This document shows positions 49,760 to 61,029 of a stretch of 64,000 nucleotides of DNA, one piece after another. The notes under the pieces are model-generated. The model was not told the DNA's origin. It ran no database searches and worked only from the letters and a program-made list of their open reading frames with translations. Within the stretch, counting starts at the first letter, position 1. The number at the start of each line of letters is the position of its first letter. Both the position numbers and the translations under genes were made by a program. Origin of the DNA: Hypanus sabinus (Eukaryota); assembly GCF_030144855.1 (NCBI RefSeq), contig NC_082710.1, forward strand, positions 25,110,001 to 25,174,000. The letters are read 5' to 3'.

Positions 49760-50530
49760 CACAGCAGGACATCGATAGGATGCAGAACTGGGCTGAAAAG
49801 TGGCAGATGGAATTCAATCCAGATAAGTGTGAAGTGGTTCATTTCAGTAGATTAAATTTGAAGATGGAATATAATATTAACGGTAAGATTCTTGGCAGTG
49901 TGGAAGATTGGAGAGATCTTGGGGTCTGTGTCCATAATACACTCAAAGCTGCTGCGCAGGTTGTTAAGAAGGTGTACAGTGTGATGGCTTTCATCAACCG
50001 TGGGACTCATTTCAAGAGCCATGAGGTAATGTTACAGCTATATAAGACCTTGGTCAGACCCTGCTTGGAGTACTGTGTTCAGTTCTGGTCACCTCACTAC
50101 AGGAAGGATGTGGATACTATAGAGAGGGTGCAGAGGAGATTTACAAGGATATCACCTGGGCATGCCTTATGAGAAAAGATTGAAGTGAAATTGGCCTTTT
50201 CTCCTTGGAGCGATGGACGATGAGAGGTGACCTGATATAGCTGTATAAGATTATGAGAGGCATTGATTGTGTGGATAGCCAGAGGCTTTTTCCCAGGGCT
50301 GAAATGGCTAACATGAGGGGCATAGTTTTAAGGTTCTTGGAAGTAGGTACAAGGGGGAGGTCAGAAGTAAGTTTTTCACACAGAGAGTGATGGGTATGTG
50401 GAATGCACTGTAGCCAGTGGTGGTGGTGGAAGAAGATACAACAGGGTCTTTTAAGAGACTCTTAGATAGGTACATGGAGCTTAGAAAAATAGAGAGCTAT
50501 GTGCTAGGGAAATTCTAGGTAGTTTCTAGA
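49760..50530 (+). mobile_element. CR1 LINE 3' fragment (continues after the inverted insertion to ~51200)
   Basis: WAEKWQMEFNPDKCEVVHF...LYKTLVRPCLEYCVQFWSP. Confidence 0.9.
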
Positions 50531-50532
50531 GT

Positions 50533-51125
50533 AACCATATAACCATATAACAATCACAGCACGGAAACAGGCCATCTCGGCCCTCCTAGTCCGTGCCGAA
50601 CTCTTAATCTCACCTAGTCCCACCTACCTGCACTCAGCCCATAACCCTCCACTCCTTTCCTGTCCATATACCTATCCAATTTTACCTTAAATGACACATC
50701 TGAACTGGCCTCTACTACTTCTACAGGAAGCTCATTCCACACAGCTATCACTCTCTGAGTAAAGAAATACCCTCTCGTGTTTCCCTTAAACTTCTGCCCC
50801 CTAACTCTCAAATCATGTCCTCTCGTTTGAATCTCCCCTACTCTCAATGGAAACAGCCTATTCACGTCAACTCTATCTATCCCTCTCAAAATTTTAATTA
50901 CCTCGATCAATTCCCCACTCAACCTTCTACGCTCCAATGAATAGAGACCTAACTTGTTCAACCTTTCTCTGTAACTTAAGTGCTGAAACCCAGGTAACAT
51001 CCTAGTAAATTGTCTCTGCACTCTCTCTAATTTATTGATATCTTTCCTATAATTCGGTGACCAGAACTGTACACAATATTCCAAATATGGCCTTACCAAT
51101 GCCTTGTACAATTTTAACATTACAT
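50533..51125 (-). mobile_element. Young 5'-truncated CR1 insertion with uninterrupted ORF2 C-terminus
   Basis: ~170 open codons VMLKLYKALVRPYLEYCVQFWSP...GYGLSAGRWD*; 8-bp tail repeat (ATATGGTT)x2. Confidence 0.92.
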
Positions 51126-52754
51126 AGTTACACAGTAGGTAACATAGTTGGTTTAACATTGTGGGCCAAAGGGCCTGTAATGTGCTGTAGATTTCTATGA
51201 TTCGATGACACTTAGAAGCATTGGTGAGAGCCAGTATCTCTCTAAAACTGGCAACACATGTACAACAGGTGGTAAGGATGGCATATGGCATGCTTGCCTT
51301 ACCAGTCAGAGCACTGAGAATAAATACTGGGAAATCAGGTTGCAGCTGGGCCACATTTGGAGTACTGTGTGCATTTCTGGTCGTTACATTATTGGAAGGA
51401 TTTGGAGGCTTTGGGGAGCATGCAGAAGAGTTTCTGCAAAACATCGTCTGTGTTAGAGAATATTAAATACAGGAGGTGGACAAATCAGAATCGTTTTCTC
51501 TGGAGGCTGATGACATGACCTGAACGGAGTCTATAAAATTATGAGGCACAAGTAACATAGATAGTCTTTGAAAATGTCAAATGCTAGTTTCAAGGAGCAT
51601 ATGTGTGTGTTTTTTGGGGGATGTGGGGGTGTGGTGGAGTTTAAAGGAGACTTATGAGGTGATTTTTTAGCATGAAGTGTTGTAGATACAGCTAATTGTC
51701 GGGTGAAGGGCCTGTTCTTGTTTTGTACTGTTCCAGGTTCTGTTTGAACTATTCTAGAGTCAGTTTGCTCCTCCTTGCCAATCTGCACAGGCTGCAAAAC
51801 GTGGGTTTGATGTCCCTCCAAATCTACCTTTGAGAGTCATCCCGGATTATCACTGTCCATCCATTAAATCGGCAGTACCTAAAATAAGCAAGGTGATTGG
51901 GTACAGGGGATCATCTTCTTCCTCCTTGATACATCACAGTACAGTATCTGAACGGTGACTCCTGTAAATCAATTCTGAGCCCATTACTGTGAAGTCAAAA
52001 GTGCTCAGTCAAGCTCTGCTTCTGTTCTGATGTTGGGTCTTACTTTTATAGATTTCAGCCCTGCTGTCACCAACTAAAAGCTGCACAAATAGTTAAATTC
52101 CCATATTAGGCAACAAAATGGTGTAGAAGAATAACATTGTTATAAAAATATAATATTCTTAGACTATGAGATCATCCATCTGTTTTGCCAAGTTGCATTT
52201 AGTTTAGTTGTATTACGTTGCAGTTTAAACTGCTAATTTTCATTGTTAAGCAAGTATTGTTACCATTGGGAATTCTAATGCTTTATTTAACAACAAAAAT
52301 ATACAAAAAAAATCTTTACTAACAGCAAATGCCTTTAAGATTACGCACTGCTTTGAAATCATTCCCCTCACTTCAATGCAACACAAAAGACAGCCTCTGC
52401 AGTGTTGCTCCTTTCCCATGAAACCACAATGTCTGCTTCAAAGAATCTTTCATAAACAGGGGCTCACATGGGGAGATGATCTTGTGGTGGGGCAGAGTGG
52501 AGAGGCTGGAAAACAAAGGGGCTGGTGAGAGAAGGACACCAAGGGCCAGAATACAAGGGAAAGGGTGAGAGTTAAGATTATTGGAAGGGTCAGAGAGTGT
52601 GGGGAAGGGACAGAGGTAGAACTGAAACAAGAGATTCAAGAACAGTAATGATGAAGGATGAGAAGGTTAACATGGAGGGTGAGGGAATGACATTTCAGAG
52701 TCCTATGCATATATGTGTTTGTGTCTGATAATGTCTAATCGCCATTCACCTTGG

Positions 52755-54150
52755 ATCGTCAGTCAGAAGATTCCACCTGCTTCAAAAGGGCAACAATTAT
52801 ACCAATGCTGGAGAAGAGTAGTGTGAGCTGCCTCAACGACTATCGTCCACTAGCACTCATATCTACAGTGATGAAGTGCTTTGAGAGGTTGGTCATGGCT
52901 AGAATCAACTCCTGCCTCAGCAAGGACCTGGACCCACTGCAATTTGCCTATTGCCACAATCAATCTACGGTGGATGCGATCTCGCTGACTCTCCACGTGG
53001 CCTTGGATCATCTGGACAATACATATAACTATGTTAGGATGCTGTTTATTGACTACAGCTCAGAGTTTAACACCATCATTCCTACAGTCCTGATCGATAA
53101 GCTACAGAACCAGGGCCTCTGTATCTCCCTCTATAATTGGATCCTCACTTCCTCACCAGAAGACCACTATCTGTGCAGATTGGAAATAACATCTCCACCT
53201 CACTGACAATCAACAGTGGTACATCTCAGGGATGTATGTGTAGCCAGCCCACTGCTCTGCTCTCTCTACACCTATGACTGTGTGGCTAGGCACTGCTGAA
53301 GTGCCATCTATATATTTGCTGATGATACAACCATTGTTGGCAGAATCTCAGATGGAGATGAGAGGGCGTAAAGGAAGATCTATACCAGCTAGTTGAGTTG
53401 TGTCACAGCAACAACCTTGCACTCAATACCAGAAAGACTAAAGATCTTCAGAAATGGTAGGATGTGGGAACACACACCAGTCCTCATAGAGGGATCAGAA
53501 GTGGAGAGAATGAACAATTTCAAGTTCCTGGGTGTTAATGTCTCCAAGGACTTAATCATCAGATAACATAACGATGGAGCCATAAAGAAGGCAAGACTGA
53601 CTGTATTTCATGAGGAGTTTGAGAAGATTTGGTGTGTCACCTAAAACACTCACAAATTTCTACAGACTGGCTGTATCACCGTCCGGTTTGGGGGGAGGGG
53701 GGTCACAGGATCAAAGTAAGCAGCAGAGAGTCATAAAGTTAGTCTCCATCATGGGCACTAGCCTCCATAATATCCAAAACATCTTCAAGGTGCGGTGCCT
53801 TAAGAAAGTGGCACAATCATTAAGGATCTCCACCATCCAGGACATGCCCTCTTCACATTGTTACCATCAGGAGGGAGGTATAGATGCCTGAAGGCACGCA
53901 CTCAGCGATTCAGGAACAGCTTCTTCCCCTCTGCCATCTGATTTCTGAATGGACATTGAACCCATGAACTCTACCTTGCTACATTTTTTTAAATTTCTGT
54001 TTTTGCCCTATTTATTTAATTTAACTATTTATTATATATATACTTTTTAGGTTTTTCCTATATTACCATGTATTGCATTGTACTGCTACCACAAAGTTAA
54101 CAACTTAACATGCCAGTGAGTGATATTAAATCTGATTCTGATTCTGATCT
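52755..54150 (+). mobile_element. Rex1/Babar-type LINE 3' half with (ATTCTG)n tail
   Basis: [22 protein letters not shown]...LDPLQFAY...[18 protein letters not shown]; FADD; tail tctgattctgattctgat. Confidence 0.92.
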
Positions 54151-54389
54151 CCTTCCTACTGGGTAAAGTCCTTCAAGCCCTTGATAACTGGTGTGTTATG
54201 TGTAATCTGTGTAATGGACATGCCACGTGCAATTCTCACTCCAAACTTCCTGCTTGCGTTTTGAATATCATGGAGAGCCAGTGCCGGAGCTGGATTTGCC
54301 TGGGGACTCTGGCGCTGTGGCATGAACTGGTGATGCCAATAGGTGGAGATGGCCGGATCCGTTGTCAAGGTGGCAGGTACAGTTCCTTC

Positions 54390-55031
54390 TAGAAGAGTCA
54401 TAAAGAAGGAAGAGACGGAATACAAAGGTAAGCTATCCAATAACATTAAAGAGGATAGCAAACGTTTCTTCAGATATATAAGGTGTATAAGAGAGGTGAG
54501 AGTGGATATTGGACCGCTGGAAAATTATGCTGCAGAGGCAGTAATGGGGCACAAGTAAATGGCGGACAAACTGAATCACTGTGGAAGACACTAGCAGTAT
54601 GGCGGAAGTTCCAGGTGTTAGGGAGCATGAAGTGTGTGAAGTTCCCATTACTAGGGAGAAGGTTCTTGGGAAACTGAAAGATCTAAAGGTTGACATGTCA
54701 CCTGGAGCAGATAGTGTACTTGCCAGGGTTCTGAACAAGGTGGCTGAAGAGATCACGGAGGCATTAGTAATGATCATTCAAGAATCACTAGATTCTGGCA
54801 TGGTTCCAGAGAACTGGAAAATTGCAAATGTCATTCCACTCTTCAAGAAGGGAGAGAGGCAGAAGAAAGGTAATTACAGGCCAGTTAGTCTGATCTCAGT
54901 GGTTTGGAAGATGTTGTAAGGTTGTTAAGGATGTGGTTTCGGGGTATTTGGAGGTACATGATAAAATAGGCTGAAATCAGCATGGTTTCATTAAAGGAAT
55001 GTCTTGCCTGACTAATCTGCTGGAATCCTTT
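54390..55031 (+). mobile_element. CR1 LINE, left half (resumes at 57501)
   Basis: WKIANVIPLFKKGERQKKGNYRPVSL...SCLTNLLESF; breaks off before EITSRIDKG. Confidence 0.88.
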
Positions 55032-55710
55032 TGGTTTACAGTGGCGCTGCTGAAGTTATCTGACAGCTCACTGGTAGTTCAGAAGGCAAGAAGTACGACC
55101 AAAGCATTACTAATAGCACTTTTTCTGAAGTAAATTGTGGTCAACTATCACCGCAAATAATGCAGAAACAAGCAGAGGCGAAGCTGATTCAAAGGATGGG
55201 CCATGTTGGTGGATCACAAAGCCGAGGAGCAATGTGTTCAAGATGGGGTTGCAGATGGAGTTTGTGTTGCTGTTGTTGGAGTGATCGAGTTGGAGAAGAA
55301 TCGATTCGGAAGAATTTCGATGCCCATCCACCTAATTCAGGTGCGAGGCTGCATTGCTCCAAGCGCTCAGCTGATTTGGTGAGATCAAGATCAGCTTTGA
55401 GCTTTGCGGCTCAAACATGTCGCGGCACTGGGGTCCAGGTTCTGGAGTGACGCACTACCTGATGCTTTGACAATTTAAACATCGGGCCAGATAGACTGGA
55501 TAGCCCGAATATCGGGGCTGAGGCAAAGTTTGAGCTGATTTCACTTTCCATCCTGCGACCCTCATTCCTCTTTCCGACAGCTGTCATCTCTGAGTTTTGC
55601 GAAGTTTTTGTCTCACTAATATGACGATCTGAGATGACTACTATGAGTCGGCTTTGGTCTACTCTGGCTGCTCCGGGGAGTGGATCTAAGGACTCAGTCT
55701 GGTTTGGAAT
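55032..55710 (+). mobile_element. Unclassified CpG-retaining repeat inserted in a CR1 (continues ~57154-57500)
   Basis: Occupies the gap between two collinear CR1 halves; no recognisable ORF. Confidence 0.55.
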
Positions 55711-57153
55711 GAACTAAATAAGTATTTTGCATCAGTCTTCATGATGGAAGACACTACCCAGTGTGCCAGATGTTGAAGGGTGTGAGGGAAGAGAAGTGAG
55801 TGCAGTTACTATTACAAGGGAGAAGGTGCTCAAAAAGCTGAAAGATCTAAGGGCACATAAGTCACTTGAGCCAGATGAACTGCACCCTAGGGTTCTGAAA
55901 GAGGTAGCCGAGCAGATTGTGGAGAATTTAGTAATGATCTTGCAGAAATTTATTGAACTCTGGCATGGTGCCAGAGGGCTGGAAAATTGCAATGTCACTC
56001 CACTCTTTAAGAAAGGAAGAAGGCAGCAGACAGGAAATGGGAGACCAGTTAGCCTGACCTCAGTGGGTGGGATAAAGGAGATGCAGAGGATGATGTATAT
56101 TTGGACTTTCAGAAGGCCTTTGACAAGGTGCCACACATGAGGCTGCAGACCAAGTTAAGAGCCCATGGTATTATGGGAAAGTTACTGGCATGGTTAGAGT
56201 ACTGGCTGATTGGTAGAAGGCAACAAGTGGAAAGAAAATCCTTTTTTGGTTTGCTGCCAGTGACTAACTGGTGTTCTACAGGGGTTGGTGTTGGGACCAC
56301 TTCTTTTTATGCTCCGTACCAATGATTTAGATGATGGACTAAATGGTTTTGTTGCCGAGTTTGCAGATGATATGAGGATTGTTGGAGGGACAGGTGGTGC
56401 TGAGGAAACAGGTAGGCTACAGAAGGACTTAGACGGATTAGGCCAGAGAGTGGCAAATGAAATACAATGTTGGAAAATGCAAGGTCATGCACTTCGGTAG
56501 TAGAAATAAATATGCTGACTATTTTCTAAACAAGGAGAAAATCCAAAAATCTGTGATGCAAAGGGACTTGGGAGTCCTTGTGCCGGATTCCCTATAGTCT
56601 AACTTGCAGGTAGAGTGGGTGGTGAGGAAGGCAAATGCAATGTTAGCATTCAATCCAAGAGGCCTAGAATACAAAGGCAGGGATGTGATGGTGAATCTTT
56701 GTAAGTTACTGGTGAGGCCTCACCTTGAGCAGTTTTGTGCTCCTCATCTCAGAAAAGATGTTGTGGCAGTGGAGAGGCTTCAGAGGAGGTTCACAAGGAT
56801 GATTCTGGGTATGAAAGGGTTATCATACAAGGAATGATTGCTGGTCCTGGGCACAGCCTCGGGATAGAGGGGCATCCATTCAAAACAGATGTGGAGAAAT
56901 TTCTTTAGCCAGAGGGTGGTGTATTTGTGGAATTTGTTAATTTATTACCAAGACAGCTGTGGAGGCCAGGTCGTTGGGTGTATTTAAGGCAGAGCTTGAT
57001 AGGTTCTTGATTGGACATGGCATTAAAGGTTACAGGGCAGAAGGCCGGGGAGTGGGGCTGAGGAGGGGAAAAAATGGATGAGCCATGATTGAATGGTGAA
57101 GCAGACTTGATGGGCCAAATGGCCTAATTTTGCTCCTATACCCTATGGTCTTA
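55711..57153 (+). mobile_element. Nested CR1 LINE (RT and 3' end)
   Basis: LDFQKAFDKVPH, EFADDMRI, LVRPHLE; tail cctatggtctta. Confidence 0.9.
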
Positions 57154-57500
57154 CGGAACACTGTCACTTGCTTCTATTGTTTGCATGATGTGTGTGTGTT
57201 TTTTTCCCTCTTTTATGGTCTTTTTTAAAATTGAGTTCTTTGACACTTATAACTTGTTTTTAACTGACATGTGGCTGTTGTGTTTTACTATTTATTGTTA
57301 TGTTTATTATTTAGTGTTGCGTTTGTTATGTTATGATTGCACTGCTCCTGGGAAACGCTGTCTCATTCTGCCCTGCAGAGCTGATGTACGGTTAGAATGA
57401 CAATAAAGTTTTTGAATCTTGAATCTTGAATGAATCTTGGGTTTTGTGATTTGTGGGTGTCTGTAAGCAAGGTGTATAATTTATACATTCTTTGACAATA

Positions 57501-58350
57501 ATGAAATAACAAGCAGGATAGACAAAGGAAAATCAGCAGATGTTGCATACTTGGATTTTCAGAAGGCCTTTGACAAGGTGCCACACATGAAGCTGCTTAT
57601 CAAGTCAAGAGCCCATGATATCACAGGAAAGATGCCAGCATGGATAAAGCAACAACTGATTGACAGGAAACAAAGAGTGGGAATAAAGGGTGCCTTTTCT
57701 GGTTGGCTGCTAGTAACCAATAGTGTTACATAGGGATCTATGTTGGACCAGTTATTTTATATTATCTGTCAATGATTTGGAGAAGGAATAGATGGCTTTG
57801 TAGCCAAGTTTGTGGACAATACGAAGATAGGTGGATGGGCAGGTAGTGTTGAGGAAGCAGAGTGAGTACAAAAAGACTTAAAGATTGGGAGAAAGGGCAA
57901 AGAAGTGACATATGGAATACAGTGTTGGGAAGAGTATGGTCATGCACTTTGGTAGAAGAAATAAAAGTGTAGACTATTTTCTAATTACAAAAATTCAAAA
58001 AATATGAGGTGCAAGGAGACTCGGAAGTCCTTGTACAGGATTCTCTAAAGATTAATTTGCAGATTGAGTCGGTGATCAGGAAGGCAAATGCATTCATTTT
58101 GAGAGGATTAGAATATAAAAGCAAGAATGTAAAGGTTTTATGAGGTGCTGGTGAGGCCTCATTTGGAGTATTGTGAGCAGTTGTGGGCTCCTTATTTAAG
58201 GAAGGATGTGCTGATTTTGGAGAGGGTTCAAAGGAGGTTTGTGAAAATGATTCCAAGATTGAAAGGCTTATCATATGAGGAGATGGCTCTGGGCCTGTAC
58301 TCACTGGAATTCAGAAGAATAAAGAGGAATCTCATTGAAACCTATTGAAT
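57501..58350 (+). mobile_element. CR1 LINE, right half of the 54390 element
   Basis: Starts gaaataacaagcaggatagacaaagga (EITSRIDKG), then LDFQKAFDKVPH. Confidence 0.88.
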
Positions 58351-60264
58351 GTTGTTAAGTCTGAACTTGTAGGTTAGCACCACTATCGTGGAAAATATGC
58401 TGGAGGCAAGTTGCAGCATTGCAATTGGAAAAATCACTGGGTTGAAGATGCATCCTTGCTTGGACATTACCCTAGCAGGTGTAAGATGGAAATAATTCTG
58501 AGGCCACCTGTGCTAACTAATGGCAGGCACTTCCGCAACTTTTGGAGTTGATGTGTGTGGAAAATCTTGCCCATTAGGCCTTGAAATGAAACCAATCCAC
58601 AGTGAAATGGAGTTTAACTCCTTAGTCAATCACTCTTCAGTTATCAAGTTGACTCCTAAACACGTGGTCAGAGTCTGAATTTCAAATCATTGTCAACTTG
58701 TCACTGAAACAGGAGAGAATGGCCCTTTTTACCTTACATATACAAAGGTCCTCTTAGAACTAATGCCCGATTCTGACAATAACAGGTCTAAGAGAGCCTG
58801 GGAAATGTGGAGCTCATAGGGAACGGTCACTTGCTGCTCCGCTCCAAGTCGCTCAACATTCTGGCTTACAGATACGTCATAATCCCTTGATTTTCACTGC
58901 ATCCAAATCCTGGGACCCTTTCCTGAGCTTCACTAAAAGGATTACAGCAGCTCAAGACACAGCTTCAAGTCCTTGCCAATAATGTTGTGATTAAGAAAAA
59001 ATAGATGTTTTTATATCTCAGCAGTCAGATCTCAAAAAAGCCAGCTGTTGGATTGTTAGGGAGACAGCATAGCATTCTGCATGGTAGGTCATGTTTTATG
59101 TACTTGATTTTTGAGGTGGTGCTGAAGAGGGTAGGCAATGGATGTAGTCTACTGGGACTTTAGTAACATATTAAATGAGATTTCTTCTCCATGGTAGACT
59201 AAAATGTGGGATCCATGGTAGCTTGATAGTCCAGATACAAAAAATTTTTTTTGTGATGAATGACTGAGGATGGTGATGGGGGGCATTTCTCTGACTGCAG
59301 GTCTGTGATCAGTGGTGTTCCTCAGGGATCAGTATTGGGACCTCTTGTTTGTGATATATGATTTGGGCAAAAGTGTAGATGGGTTGATTATCAAGTATAA
59401 AGCGACACAAACATTGGAGGAGCTGTGGATAGTGAAGAATGTAGTCAAAAGATACAGCAGATTAGGGCAGAGAAATGGCAGATAGAGTTTCACCTGGAGA
59501 AGTAGAAGATGTGGCACTGTGAAGTTAACTGTAGAGGAAAGATATATAATAAAGGCAGGATCTTTCAGATCACTTAAGTACAGAAGAATGCTGGGGTATG
59601 ACTCGAGAGCTCCACAAAAGTGGTAACACATATAGATGGGGTAGTCAACAGAATACTTCCCTTCAACCAGTCATAACTTTGAAAATAAAAATCATTAAGG
59701 ACCCTCACCATCTGGGACCTGCCGTCTTTTTGTTTTACCATCAAGGAGGAATCACAGCAATGTGAACACACACACTCAACATTTTGGAAGCACTTCTGCC
59801 ATCAGATTTCTGAATGGTCCATGAACACTACCTTGCTATTTTCTCTTTCTCACCATCTATTTATAGTGTAACTTGTACTGTTTTTGTCTTTCACTCTACT
59901 GCTGTCACAAGACAAATGTCACAACATACAACAGTAATAATCTGATTCTGAGGATGTAATTTTGTAGCATTGATTGTGTGTAGGTAATGAAGGGATAGAG
60001 ACCTCATGTAGTTGACATTATTTAATTTGGCACCATGATCTGCACAGATGTCATGAATGGAAGGGCAAGCTCCCATGCTGCCCTGCTCTACATTCGGACA
60101 TTCTCCAAGGCCTTCAGCAGCACATTCTATAGGTACCTGGAAAAGTGTTGAAAGATTGAGGCCTCAGACCAAGCACGAAGCTCCTCGTCTACCCTGCTTT
60201 CCCCTGTGCTGCTGAACCAACATCAGCAGGCACCTCAAAAGAGAGATAACCACCAACACATTAC

Positions 60265-60500
60265 TAAATTCTTCTCCCAGAGAGTTGTGGGGGTCTGGAA
60301 TGCACTGCCTTGGAAGGTAGTGGAGGCCAATTCTCTGGATGCTTTCAAGAAGGAGCTAGATAGATATCTTATGGATAAGGGAATCAAGGGATATGGGGAC
60401 AAGGCAGGAACCAGGTATTGATAGTAGATGATCAGCCATCATCTCAAAATGGTGGTGCAGGCTCAAAGGGCCGAATGGTCTACTTCTGCACCTATTGTCT
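60265..60500 (+). mobile_element. CR1 3' end
   Basis: FFSQRVVGVWNALP...IKGYGDKAG plus 3' UTR. Confidence 0.85.
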
Positions 60501-61029
60501 AAAATTATTCAAATCCACTGGATTTCTGTTGAAGGATAACATTCCCAGCATTGTCCCCAATGATACTCAAGTCCACACCAATGGGCAAATCACAAAACTG
60601 CCACTGGATTCCAAAACAGTGGTTTTATACTTCACTCAATTACAATAAGCCTTCATGAAAACTAACATTGGACCAACTTGCAGGAATTCTTGGCCCATAG
60701 TGATTCAAATGAAGGAGCATCTGTGACGGCATTGAGAACACCATAGTCCTTCCTGAAATGAACACAAAATCCCAGGATAATGGTAGTAGACACAAACCAT
60801 ATCCTTAATTATGCTTCCAATGAAACATCTGCCCTATTTTAACAATGCCTACATCTCCCACATTGGCTTTAGCCACATCAGAATTCACAGAATTGGAGTG
60901 GAAGCAGGTCATTCCTTAATCTCGCTCAATGAAGTGTACTGACCTATGTTAATTCTGTTACTCTTTCATAAGTTGCACCAATGAACATTGTATTCATTAG
61001 ATGTGTAAAAATGAATATACTTTGCATAC

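Noticed and set aside
50614-51444. 276-aa ORF as a host gene
   Set aside because: It is a chimera of a CR1 ORF2 C-terminus and the antisense of flanking CR1 remnants.
51740-52050. Possible exon in a unique stretch
   Set aside because: All frames after the candidate minus-strand acceptor hit stops quickly, with no recognisable protein similarity.
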